A DNA stretch of 46,088 nucleotides from Ignavibacteriota bacterium (GTDB lineage Bacteria > Bacteroidota > Ignavibacteria > Palsa-1295): the NCBI GenBank assembly GCA_025357895.1, contig JANYLL010000266.1, positions 1-46,088 on the forward strand, given 5' to 3'. The position numbers were made by a program, and so were the translations under genes. The notes under the pieces were generated by a model. That model saw only the letters and a list, made by a program, of their open reading frames with translations, was not told the DNA's origin and did no database searches. This document shows, piece after piece, positions 10,053 to 19,600 of this stretch. How positions within the stretch are numbered: position 1 is the first letter of the stretch; each line of letters opens with the position of its first letter.

Positions 10053-10542
10053 AGAGTACGATCCTAAGTGGCAATCGCTCTTCGATGAAGAAAGCGCCGT
10101 ACTAATGGATGCTATCGGACATTACGTTGCCGATATTCAACATATCGGAAGTACTGCGGTGCCGGGGCTTGCAGCCAAGCCCGTCATTGATATTCTCGTT
10201 GGCTTGCGGCGATTGCTCGATGCTCAGGATTGCATCTTGCCGATCGAGGGAATGGAATATGAATATGTGCCGGAATTTGAAGATGAATTTCCGGAGCGAA
10301 GATATTTTCGTAAAACTACGAATGGAAAACGTACTCATCAAATTCACATGGTTGAGATCAATACCGATTTCTGGAAACGACATCTTGCTTTTCGTGATCA
10401 TCTTAGAACTCATCCTGAAGCAGTAAATGAATATGCAGCGTTAAAAAAAGCGCTTGCAAAACAATTCGAAAATGACCGCAAAGGATATACGAATGCAAAA
10501 GCAAATTTTATTGAAAATGTCTTAGCGATGTATGCAAGATAA
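10024..10542 (+). CDS. GrpB-family (UPF0157) protein
   Basis: EYDPKWQSLFDEE...IQHIGSTAVPGLAAKPVIDILVG and FRDHLRTHPEAVNEYAALK are GrpB signatures. It overlaps the GNAT gene by 29 nt. Confidence 0.85.
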   Translation: MTGKEKIIIKEYDPKWQSLFDEESAVLMDAIGHYVADIQHIGSTAVPGLAAKPVIDILVGLRRLLDAQDCILPIEGMEYEYVPEFEDEFPERRYFRKTTNGKRTHQIHMVEINTDFWKRHLAFRDHLRTHPEAVNEYAALKKALAKQFENDRKGYTNAKANFIENVLAMYAR

Positions 10543-11197
10543 GCTTACAGCCGATACCGGAAAATTGGCTGATGCATCAATTGTCAAAGGCGATGTAACC
10601 GGATGGTTCGAAGAACTCTATCATGATGCAGACGGCGATTCCTCTATCATTCCATGGGCTGATCAGAAACCGAATCCATACCTCGTCGAATGGCTCGATA
10701 AAAATAAAATTGACGGCGAAGGAAAAACCGCTCTCGTTATCGGCTGCGGACTTGGAGATGATGCTGAAGAACTTTCCACATACGGATTTAATGTAACGGC
10801 ATTCGATATTTCCCCCACTGCAATAAATTGGGCGAAGAAACGCTTTCCGAATTCCGACGTAGAATATTGCGTTGCCGATCTTTTTGATCTGCCAAAAAAG
10901 TGGCTTGGCGCTTTTGATTTTATTTTTGAATGTTATACGATTCAAGCACTGCCGCGATCGGTGAGAACTGAGGTTATAAGTAAAGTCGCATCTTTAACTG
11001 CTCCGGAAGGCTTACTTCTCCTCTTCTGCCGCGGATGGCGCGATGATCAAACAGAAGATACACTTCCCTGGGCATTGAAAAAAGAAGAGCTGAAAAAATT
11101 CAAAGCATTAGGATTTTCTGAAATCTCTTTCGAAGAATTTTGGGATCATCATGATTCGAATAGATACCGATTTCGGATATTATATAAAAAAATATGA
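10532..11197 (+). CDS. Class I SAM-dependent methyltransferase
   Basis: Motif I is ALVIGCGLGDDAEEL, followed by VTAFDISPTAI and CVADLFDLP. It overlaps the upstream gene by 11 nt. Confidence 0.8.
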   Translation: MQDKLTADTGKLADASIVKGDVTGWFEELYHDADGDSSIIPWADQKPNPYLVEWLDKNKIDGEGKTALVIGCGLGDDAEELSTYGFNVTAFDISPTAINWAKKRFPNSDVEYCVADLFDLPKKWLGAFDFIFECYTIQALPRSVRTEVISKVASLTAPEGLLLLFCRGWRDDQTEDTLPWALKKEELKKFKALGFSEISFEEFWDHHDSNRYRFRILYKKI

Positions 11198-11505
11198 AAC
11201 CACCGTATTACGCCGTGATCTTTACATCAAAGCATAAATTATATAACGATGAGTATAATGAAACAGCAAAGCGAATGAACGAATTAACAGCTAAGCAAGA
11301 AGGATTTCTCGGTATTGATAGCGCACGCAATGAAGACGGCAGTGGGATTACGGTCTGCTATTGGAATAGCATCGAAGCAATAAAAAAATGGAAAGAAAAT
11401 ACTGAGCATCAGTATGCTCAGCAGATGGGAATGAAAGAGTGGTATGAATCGTATTCAGTTCGTATCGCAGAAGTCACGAAAGAATATTCTATGGAGGAAG
11501 TATGA
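11194..11505 (+). CDS. Antibiotic-biosynthesis-monooxygenase (ABM) domain protein
   Basis: The 103-aa product has YYAVIFTS...GFLGIDSARNEDGSGITVCYWNSIEAIKKWKENTEH, consistent with the ABM ferredoxin-like fold. It has a 4-nt ATGA overlap with the upstream gene. Confidence 0.7.
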   Translation: MKPPYYAVIFTSKHKLYNDEYNETAKRMNELTAKQEGFLGIDSARNEDGSGITVCYWNSIEAIKKWKENTEHQYAQQMGMKEWYESYSVRIAEVTKEYSMEEV

Positions 11506-12044
11506 CAATCGGTTCTGAATTTTTAGACCAATCTCGTAAAGTATTCCGTTCGCAAAAAGATCTTGCCGATAAAGCAACCGCGCAGCTAACGGATGCCCAG
11601 TTATTCTGGCAGCCGGACCAAGAATCCAACAGTGTAGCCATCAACATGAAGCATCTTGCGGGCAATATGCTTTCGCGGTGGACAGATTTCCTCACGACTG
11701 ACGGCGAGAAGCTGGATCGCAACCGCGACGGAGAATTTGAAATTTCCGAAAAAGATGCGAAGGCATTAAAAGAATATTGGGAGCGTGGATACTCCGTATT
11801 TTTCTCAACGCTGGATTCGCTTACCGAAAATGATCTGCTAAGAACTGTTACGATTCGGCAAGAACAGCATACTGTCATTCAGGCAATTCAAAGACAGATC
11901 TCACATTATGGATATCATGTCGGGCAGATCGTCGGTCTTGCGAAGCAAATACGCGTCAGGGATTGGAATACGCTTACGATTCCCAAAGGGAAATCAGAAG
12001 AGTATCTGAAAACGAAATTTGTGCCTGTGCAGCATAATAACTGA
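11502..12044 (+). CDS. DinB-superfamily / DUF1572 protein
   Basis: NSVAINMKHLAGNMLSRWTDFLTTDGEKLDRNRDGEFE and HYGYHVGQIV match the DUF1572 pattern. It has a 4-nt overlap with the upstream gene. Confidence 0.75.
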   Translation: MTIGSEFLDQSRKVFRSQKDLADKATAQLTDAQLFWQPDQESNSVAINMKHLAGNMLSRWTDFLTTDGEKLDRNRDGEFEISEKDAKALKEYWERGYSVFFSTLDSLTENDLLRTVTIRQEQHTVIQAIQRQISHYGYHVGQIVGLAKQIRVRDWNTLTIPKGKSEEYLKTKFVPVQHNN

Positions 12045-12086
12045 TACTTTGAAATAAGTTTACCCGAATTGCAATACTTACAAATC

Positions 12087-12123
12087 CTCCATCGTAACTA
12101 CGGTGGTGGGGTTTATTTTTTTC
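12087..12123 (+). terminator. Candidate intrinsic terminator after the five-gene cluster
   Basis: An imperfect stem, CCTCCATCGTA / TACGGTGGTGG, is followed by GGTTTATTTTTTT. Confidence 0.5.
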
Positions 12124-12194
12124 TGTCACTGCAATGCCCTCAGAACCGTTCTTATAGGGGGAATATGGAAGCCGGTAACCAATTGTAAAAAAAC

Positions 12195-13145
12195 ATGAAA
12201 AAGTATTGTCTCTTTTTTATTGCTTTATCATATTTTACTGCAGGTAGATCTTTTGCTCAGGATTCCACTTCAGTAAAACTTGTGGATTCTGCAACTGCAA
12301 CGATAACAGCACCTGTAGAAACAAAACATCTATGGCATTTTTCTTTGTCGCCCTCGCTCGGTTTCACGTTTCAAAGTATTAGTAAAGACGGTGAGGAAAA
12401 TCAGGATCTGCTTTGGCTCGGGCAGTTGCAGGCAAAGCTCGGCTATGAAGGCGAGCCATTTCAATTCAACAGCAGTCTCTTCCTGCAATATGGGGCGCAG
12501 GTAACCCGTGATGCTTATCCGAAAAAAACGCAGGATAACTTTTTGCTTTCCCTTGTGCCTTCGGTTACACTTTCAAAAAATGCCGGGTTACGGTTGTTCT
12601 TCGAAGTTACCGGCGAAACGGAAATGGGAAAAGGCATGGTTGATAGCGCAGTTACAAGTTTTCTTGATCCGTTATTTTTATATGAAACCCTTTTCTTAGG
12701 CCATAAGACTCATGTGAGCGCAGATGACGGAAGCAGCGAGTTCGAATTGGTTTTTGGTATTGGATATGCCTTCCAGCAAACCCGTACGAAAAATTTTCCA
12801 CTTGTCCAGCACAGGCAATTTGTTGTCGGCGAAGGAAATCCTCTGCAGAACGTCCAGGACCAGTTTACTGTGGAAAATGGCTATAGCATTATTTTGCAGA
12901 TCGATTATACAAAACATATAGGCGATAATTTTTCATTCAAGACAAGCATCAAATCCGTAACACTGACAAAAGAGAATTTCATCCAAAGCTTAAAGAATTC
13001 GCGCAACGGAACGCTGCTGCTTGCAGGATTGCAGTGGAGATTCTTAAGTATTGATTATACGATGCATATGCTTTATGACAGAAATATATCTGCCCGCCGG
13101 CAGCTTGAGCAGACAATGGTCTTTGGTGTCAAGTTTGATATATAA
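12195..13145 (+). CDS. Hypothetical outer-membrane beta-barrel protein (possibly DUF3078-like)
   Basis: It has a signal peptide (FIALSYFTAGRSFAQ), alternating hydrophobic beta-strand-like segments, and a C-terminal aromatic-containing strand (VFGVKFDI). Confidence 0.6.
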   Translation: MKKYCLFFIALSYFTAGRSFAQDSTSVKLVDSATATITAPVETKHLWHFSLSPSLGFTFQSISKDGEENQDLLWLGQLQAKLGYEGEPFQFNSSLFLQYGAQVTRDAYPKKTQDNFLLSLVPSVTLSKNAGLRLFFEVTGETEMGKGMVDSAVTSFLDPLFLYETLFLGHKTHVSADDGSSEFELVFGIGYAFQQTRTKNFPLVQHRQFVVGEGNPLQNVQDQFTVENGYSIILQIDYTKHIGDNFSFKTSIKSVTLTKENFIQSLKNSRNGTLLLAGLQWRFLSIDYTMHMLYDRNISARRQLEQTMVFGVKFDI

Positions 13146-13154
13146 TTTTTTCTT

Positions 13155-13673
13155 ATGTCAATAGATCTTAAACATTTCATTCGTGATATTCCGGATTTTC
13201 CTCAGACAGGAATAATGTTCAGGGATATTGCTCCACTGCTTGAAAATGGTGAAGCATTTCAATCGGCGCTCAACCGGTTTTACGAACTTATCAAAGATAA
13301 AAAGATCGATAAAGTTGTTGGGATCGAATCCCGCGGTTTCATCTTCGGCGCACCGCTTGCTGAGAGGCTTGGAGTTGGGTTTGCAATGGCACGCAAGCAG
13401 GGAAAATTACCCGGCGATAAAATTTCTGTTTGCTACGATCTCGAATATGGCACGAATACCATAGAAATGCACAGCGATTCGATCACCCAAGGTGAACACA
13501 TTTTTATTATCGATGATGTTCTGGCTACCGGAGGAACAGCGAATGCTACTATTTCACTCATAGAGCAACTTGGCGGAGTCATCTCAGGTTTAGGTTTTTT
13601 GATAGAACTTACTTTTTTAGACGGAAGGAAAAATCTTTCAGGAAGAGCAGTTTATAATTTGCTAACATATTGA
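13155..13673 (+). CDS. apt: Adenine phosphoribosyltransferase
   Basis: IRDIPDFPQTGIMFRDI, GIESRGFIFGAPLA and the PRPP motif IIDDVLATGGTA are all present. Confidence 0.93.
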   Translation: MSIDLKHFIRDIPDFPQTGIMFRDIAPLLENGEAFQSALNRFYELIKDKKIDKVVGIESRGFIFGAPLAERLGVGFAMARKQGKLPGDKISVCYDLEYGTNTIEMHSDSITQGEHIFIIDDVLATGGTANATISLIEQLGGVISGLGFLIELTFLDGRKNLSGRAVYNLLTY

Positions 13674-13780
13674 AGATTCTCTTTCTACTACGTCCTTAAA
13701 ATTAGTAAACAAAGTGTGATTCTTTCCCCGCTATTTTTCGTTTACAAGAAAACTTTTTTGTCAATTTCATAACCGTGACT

Positions 13781-15496
13781 ATGCAATACAAATATTACCA
13801 GGACCGCCCCGGAACACTTTCAGCAGAATTTGTCCGCGATGAATATAAAAAATTAACTGATCGCATTGCCGAAGCCGATGCTTCCGTTACTGCGGACGCT
13901 TGGCTTGCGCTTTATGCAGATTGGAATGCTCTTAGCTCATTCGTCAATAGTGAGTCAAGCCGCATTCATCATGCATTAAGCAAAGATATGGCTAATCCTT
14001 CTCTCGAGGAGAGCGAAAAATATCTGCGTGAACAAATTCAACCCGTTGCAGAAGAAGCCAACTCGCAGCTTCTGCTTGCTTTTTTGGCTTCGAAACATAA
14101 AGATGCTGTCGGCACGCGTTATGGAATGCACTTGCTCCGCGTTCTCGAAACACAGATCGAAGCACTTTCTCCAGTTAATATAGATCTACGGGTTAAAGTC
14201 GGTGAATGGTCAACGAAATATGATAAGATCGTTGCTTCAGGGGAAGTGAATTTCCGTGGTGAAATGATCACGCTGGGCAAGGCTCGAAGTATGCAAAGCT
14301 CGGAAGATGGCTCCATCCGCAAAGAAGCTTATGAAATTTATCGCAACTGGTTTTTGGAACACCATGATGAACTCGCTGAAATTTATGACCAGCTCGTAAA
14401 ATTTCGCGATCAGATGGGACGCAATCTTGGTCTGAAGAATTTTATTCCGCTTGGATACAAGTCCATGGGACGCACCGATTACGGCATTGAAGAAGCAAAA
14501 AAATTCCGCGAGAATATCCGTAAATATGCAGTACCTGTTCAGTCAATGCTTTTCAAAGCCAGAGCTGAGAAGCTCGGAACACCAACGCTGAAGCCCTGGG
14601 ATGTAGCGTATGATCCCGATCTTTCGCTTCCGAGCAACATCGCACCTGTCGATATGCAGCTTGATAAAGCACAACGGATCTTTGAAAAAATTTCACCAAT
14701 CCTTGCAGCGCATTTTGTCAGAATGCGTAACGAAGGACTTATTGATCTTGAGAACCGCAAAGGCAAACGTGCCGGAGCCTATTGCACATCGTTCAGCGAT
14801 GAAGCGCGTGTTGCCATTCTTTGTAACTCGACCGGTGATAGTGAAGATATTCGCACCCTCACCCATGAGATGGGGCATGCCTTTCAGGGATGGGAAAGCC
14901 AGCCAATCGAATCGATCGATCTGCAATCGCCGACATACGATGCCTGCGAAATTCATTCGATGGGAATGGAATTCTTATCCATGCGATATATCGACGAATT
15001 TTTTACTCCTGAACTATCCGAAAAATATAAGCGCAACCGTTGGAAAGATGCTGTTGAGATGGTCTGTTATATAGCTATCGTTGATGAATTCCAACATTGG
15101 GTATATGAGAATCCGAACGCTTCAATTACTCAACGCGATGCATCATGGAACAAGATCTGGGATATTTATAAACCCGGTATTGATTTTTCAGGCTGTGAAG
15201 AATATAAGTATGCCCGGTGGTATTCACAGGGACATATTTTCGCTATGCCATTCTATTACATTGATTATGCCATTGCAGAAACAGGAGCAATGCAGATCGC
15301 TTTAATGGATGCGAGCAACCATACGAAAACGGTAGAATCTTATTTGCATCTCTGCCGAATCGGGGGGACAAAAAGTGTACTCGATATTTTCAAATCTGTC
15401 GGCATGCGTTCACCCTTTGATGAAACCCTCATGCGTGACTTGATGCACCATGCTTCAAAGGTGCTTGAAGTTCAGGAAGAAAACGTAACTGCCTGA
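13781..15496 (+). CDS. M3-family oligoendopeptidase (PepF-like)
   Basis: About 571 aa with the zinc motif THEMGHAFQ, in M3B-like length and context. ATG 13781 is preferred over GTG 13775. Confidence 0.85.
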   Translation: MQYKYYQDRPGTLSAEFVRDEYKKLTDRIAEADASVTADAWLALYADWNALSSFVNSESSRIHHALSKDMANPSLEESEKYLREQIQPVAEEANSQLLLAFLASKHKDAVGTRYGMHLLRVLETQIEALSPVNIDLRVKVGEWSTKYDKIVASGEVNFRGEMITLGKARSMQSSEDGSIRKEAYEIYRNWFLEHHDELAEIYDQLVKFRDQMGRNLGLKNFIPLGYKSMGRTDYGIEEAKKFRENIRKYAVPVQSMLFKARAEKLGTPTLKPWDVAYDPDLSLPSNIAPVDMQLDKAQRIFEKISPILAAHFVRMRNEGLIDLENRKGKRAGAYCTSFSDEARVAILCNSTGDSEDIRTLTHEMGHAFQGWESQPIESIDLQSPTYDACEIHSMGMEFLSMRYIDEFFTPELSEKYKRNRWKDAVEMVCYIAIVDEFQHWVYENPNASITQRDASWNKIWDIYKPGIDFSGCEEYKYARWYSQGHIFAMPFYYIDYAIAETGAMQIALMDASNHTKTVESYLHLCRIGGTKSVLDIFKSVGMRSPFDETLMRDLMHHASKVLEVQEENVTA

Positions 15497-15542
15497 ACTG
15501 GGATTCTTGGGATTATTTTGGATTCCTGAGATTGTTTATAAA

Positions 15543-15566
15543 GGCAGGGTATCCCTGCCTTTTTTA
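15543..15566 (+). terminator. Intrinsic terminator
   Basis: The hairpin GGCAGGG-TAT-CCCTGCC is followed by TTTTTTATTTT. Confidence 0.75.
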
Positions 15567-15652
15567 TTTTAAGAGAAATCTATAAAGTTTTCTGTTCTTA
15601 ATAAGTTAATTTCAGGAATTTACGTAATCACATAAATCCCAGTTCAGATATT

Positions 15653-16480
15653 ATGCTCACATTCGATCCTTCTCAAATTCCTTTTCGTGAAACGCATCGC
15701 TTACTTCTTGGCGGGATAGCTCCACGCCCTATTGCCTTTGTCGGAACAGTTGATAAAGACGGCAATCCGAATCTTTCTCCTTTTAGTTTTTTTAATGCCT
15801 TTGGGGTTAATCCACCTATAATTTGCTTTAGCCCCGCATATTCTGGAAAGACGGGAAAGCCAAAAGATACATTGCTCAATATTCTCGAGACGAAAGAATG
15901 CACGGTATCAATCGTCAGTTATGACATGGTTCAGCAGGCAAGTCTTGCTTCAGCTCCTTTTGAAAAAGGTGTTGATGAGTTTATCAAAGCCGGGTTTACA
16001 AAGTTTCCAAGCCAAAAGGTTAAAGCCCCGGGAGTCGCAAAAAGCCCATTTATCATGGAAGCGAAGCTCTTAAAGCATATTGAGTTTGGCGGTAAGCCCG
16101 GAAGCGCTAATATGCTTATCTGCGAAGTAGTCCTAATACATGTTAAAGAGTCAATTATGAATGAGAGAGGCTCAATAGACCCCCGCCAGATCGACCAGGT
16201 TGCACGAATGGGCGGCATTTGGTATGCAAGGGCAGCTCAGGGGCTCTTCGAGCTTCCACAGCCTTCTAAAGTCAGTCCGGGATTTGATCTGCTGCCGGAT
16301 GAGATCCGGAAAAGTCAATATCTAAGTGGTCATGATATTGCTAAATTACTTACAGTTGAGGAGCTCCCTGCGTTTAAGCAGTCGTTTAAGCCCGATACCA
16401 CTCAAGAACGACATATGCGTGCCAAAGAACTTATTGAGAATGAAGATTTAGATGAAGCCTGGAAAGTTTTGCTCGCTTAA
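15653..16480 (+). CDS. Flavin reductase-like FMN-binding protein
   Basis: PRPIAFVGTVDKDGNPNLSPFSFFNAFGVNPPIICFS is characteristic of the flavin-reductase split-barrel domain. Confidence 0.8.
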   Translation: MLTFDPSQIPFRETHRLLLGGIAPRPIAFVGTVDKDGNPNLSPFSFFNAFGVNPPIICFSPAYSGKTGKPKDTLLNILETKECTVSIVSYDMVQQASLASAPFEKGVDEFIKAGFTKFPSQKVKAPGVAKSPFIMEAKLLKHIEFGGKPGSANMLICEVVLIHVKESIMNERGSIDPRQIDQVARMGGIWYARAAQGLFELPQPSKVSPGFDLLPDEIRKSQYLSGHDIAKLLTVEELPAFKQSFKPDTTQERHMRAKELIENEDLDEAWKVLLA

Positions 16481-16550
16481 AGAATATTTGTTTCGCTCAA
16501 GGAGCAAGAATGTCTAACTGCTCTTAATTAAGAGGATATAGAACAAAAAA

Positions 16551-16576
16551 CCCCGTCCATATCGGACGGGGTTTTT
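16551..16576. terminator. Bidirectional intrinsic terminator between convergent genes
   Basis: The sequence is AAAAAA-CCCCGTCC-ATATC-GGACGGGG-TTTTT. Confidence 0.8.
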
Positions 16577-16677
16577 CTGAACTCTCTCTGACGGTAAAAA
16601 AAATTAATTTCCCGGCTGAGTTCTCGGAGCATCAAAATTAGTTACTCCGAGATCTCATGCCGTGGAACGTCGTTCAA

Positions 16678-19600
16678 TTATGGTCTCAAAATGATGATCT
16701 GTACCTGATTGTTGTCGCCAGCTGCTGATGACTCAACAGTTACGCTGACACCTGGAACTCTGGTTACCCATAATTCACCAACCGGGATACCTGCATTATG
16801 ACCCTGATATGTAGCTGTGATACCACTGACAGCATCCAGATTGATACCAGGTGCATTACCTGCGTTGAATGTTACTGAACCTCCGCCGTTGAGGCCGGAT
16901 GCAGGAACAAGAGGTAATGTGTAAGATTGGAAGGTCGGAAGCTTTCCTGATACAGTCGGAGTCTGCTGATTTATCGAAGCAGGTCCGGGATTCGAACTTG
17001 TGATGTTCGTAGCGTTTGTTCCCGGTACACCTATTGTAAGTGTAACGTTTGTCTGAATGTTATTGGTAACCTGAATATTACGAATGTTCGTAACATCTAC
17101 GGAACCGACACCAAGCAAACTGCTGATCAAGTTGATCGGCGTAACGCCACCCGCGCATGAACCGAAGTTCGTAGTGTTGAGATTAGCGATACAGCTTGGA
17201 TTAACACCAAAGATGTTCAAGCGGCAAGCAGCGACTGTTCCATCAAAGAAACCGTCGCCATTGACGAGCAATTCAGACTGAGCGCCTGTTGGGAAGGCAC
17301 CAGCGCATGATGCAACACCACCGGCGATACGTACATATGTCTGATCGCCAGTATAGGTAAACGTTGACAAGCCATTGATATTGTTTGTCGTACCGGCATT
17401 CAAGTTACCGATATTATTCGTCGAAGTACCGGCAACTGCTGTACCGATATTGTTTACGTTACCAGAACCATTACCAATGGTTGTTGTGGTTCCGTTACCG
17501 CTACTGATGTTATTCGTTTGGCTAGCACCTGTACCGAAGCTGTTAATGGTGCTTGCTGTTGGAGCGAGCGCGGAACGTCCGCTGATCTGAATGAGATCAC
17601 CAGTTACGTTATTTGCCGTTGTCGCATTAAGATTATTCGATGCACCTGTGAGCGTATTGATCGCTCCTGGAGCGCCGATCGTATTATTTGAGCTGCTTGT
17701 ACCCAATGTGATATTACCGGTCGAACCTAATGTACCATTAACCTGCAAGTTGCCGGTCGTAGTATTAAGTAAGGTCGTTGTACCAACTGTCTGGACAATG
17801 TTACCGTTAAATGTATTCGATCCGTTATAGGAATTCGTGCTTCCAGCGCCACCGATCGTGTTTGCAGATCCTCCAACTGTTCCGAAGGAGTTTACCGCTC
17901 CGCCGGCAATTGCCGCATTACCACCACTCTGTGTAAAAGCACCTACTACGGTTAAAGCACCGGTAGTTGTTCCAAGAAGTGTTGTAGTACCACTTGTCTG
18001 CGTGATATTACCATTGAAGGTTGAATTACCATTTTGGGTAAGTGTACCATTATTGGTTAAGCCTGTCAATGTGGTAGGCCCTGCAACAGTCAATGACTGA
18101 TTCATGAATACGTTTCCTCTGAAACTTGCAGCACCAAGCTCACGGAAATCGCCATTACTGATGAGTTCGTAGTTTGTTACTGAAGCATCGTTAGCGGCAT
18201 TGGGTTCACCGACTCCGTTATGAACAACGTTACCATTAGTTGTCGTAGTACCCGTTGCAGTGATGGTGTTATTTGCACCCGTAATCGTATTCGTGCTTGT
18301 TCCGGCATTTCCAATGTTATTCGCAGAACCACCTGTTGTTGTTCCGACATTATTTGTGTTACCCTGAACGTTGTTTGTCAAACCCTGAATCGTGTTAACG
18401 CTTGTTCCAGCGCTACCGATAGTGTTTGTAGAGCCTGCATTTGTGGTCCCGATCCTATTGATTGGCGATTGAATATCATTGCTTGTCGAAGCATTTAGAG
18501 CATTCGTTCCGCCAGCAATCGTATTCGTCGAATTGCCGCCGATAGAACCGATATTATTCGCATTATTAGGATTAAGTCCGCTCGCGCCGATATTATTTGT
18601 TGCACCGTGAATGGTATTCGTTATACCGCTAATAGTATTTGTGCTCGCAAATAGTGTACCAATATTCACGGCATTACCTGCAACTTGTGAAGTTCCAACA
18701 TTTACTGTCGGAGCTTGACTGCTATTAGAAACTGTACCAGTGATAACGTTGGTTGAACCGGTAATCGTATTCGTGCTCTGACCCGCAGTACCCACTGTAT
18801 TGGTTGAACTATTAGTTGCACCAATAAATGTGTTGCCTTGGATGTAAGCAGATCCGGTTACTTTAAGATCGCCGTTATCCGTAATTTCATACGTTGCGCC
18901 ATTCGGTGCTGCTAAAGGTTCGGCTGTGCCATTGACGATCAAGTTACCATTGATGGTTTGAGTACCATTGGTAATAACCGGTCCATTCTGAGTTGTGGTA
19001 CCGTTTACTGTAAGACCGCCACTAAATGTCTGAAGGACAAGCCATGTATTTGGATTGCTCATATTCAAACCGATAGCACCGTTATTCTTGGCAGGATTAG
19101 CATTAGGAATAATGCTGATCGAGTTATCATGTCCGATATTCAAATTGCCAAGTTGATCCTGATAGAGTCCGTTGCCAGCAACGAATTGATCGAGTTTCAT
19201 ACCCGTTACAACTCCTGTGCCAAGCATACCATTGGTGATCCAATTATTGGTAGCGATACCAATTTGAAATCTTGTTCCAATTCCTCCGCCTGTCAAGCCT
19301 GGACCGACAGCGATGGTATCAGGCGATCCGGCGCCGCCAAGCAGACCGATCGTGATCGTGTTATTGTTTGCGTTATCAATTATTGATACGCCAGGTCCAG
19401 GAATAAGATGAATATTCCCGTTAGCGTCACCGCCGACTTGATCAATAGTGGTCACAGTCGCTGCTGCCTGAGGCAAAGCTGCTTTAGGAATCTTACCATT
19501 CTGATCGAGAGGTAAGAGCATACCAGGCTGCGGAGTTACCGAAACGCCAATTCCGCCGACCGTCTGCGCATTGAGCGCATAAGGAGCAGCGACGAAAGCT

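Noticed and set aside
17084-19386. Several 60-142-aa ORFs on the plus strand inside the fibre gene: 17084, 17375, 17591, 17837, 18220 and 18958.
   Set aside because: They are antisense to a long, compositionally biased repeat gene. Their translations are Pro/Val/Leu-rich mirror artefacts with no start context or motifs.
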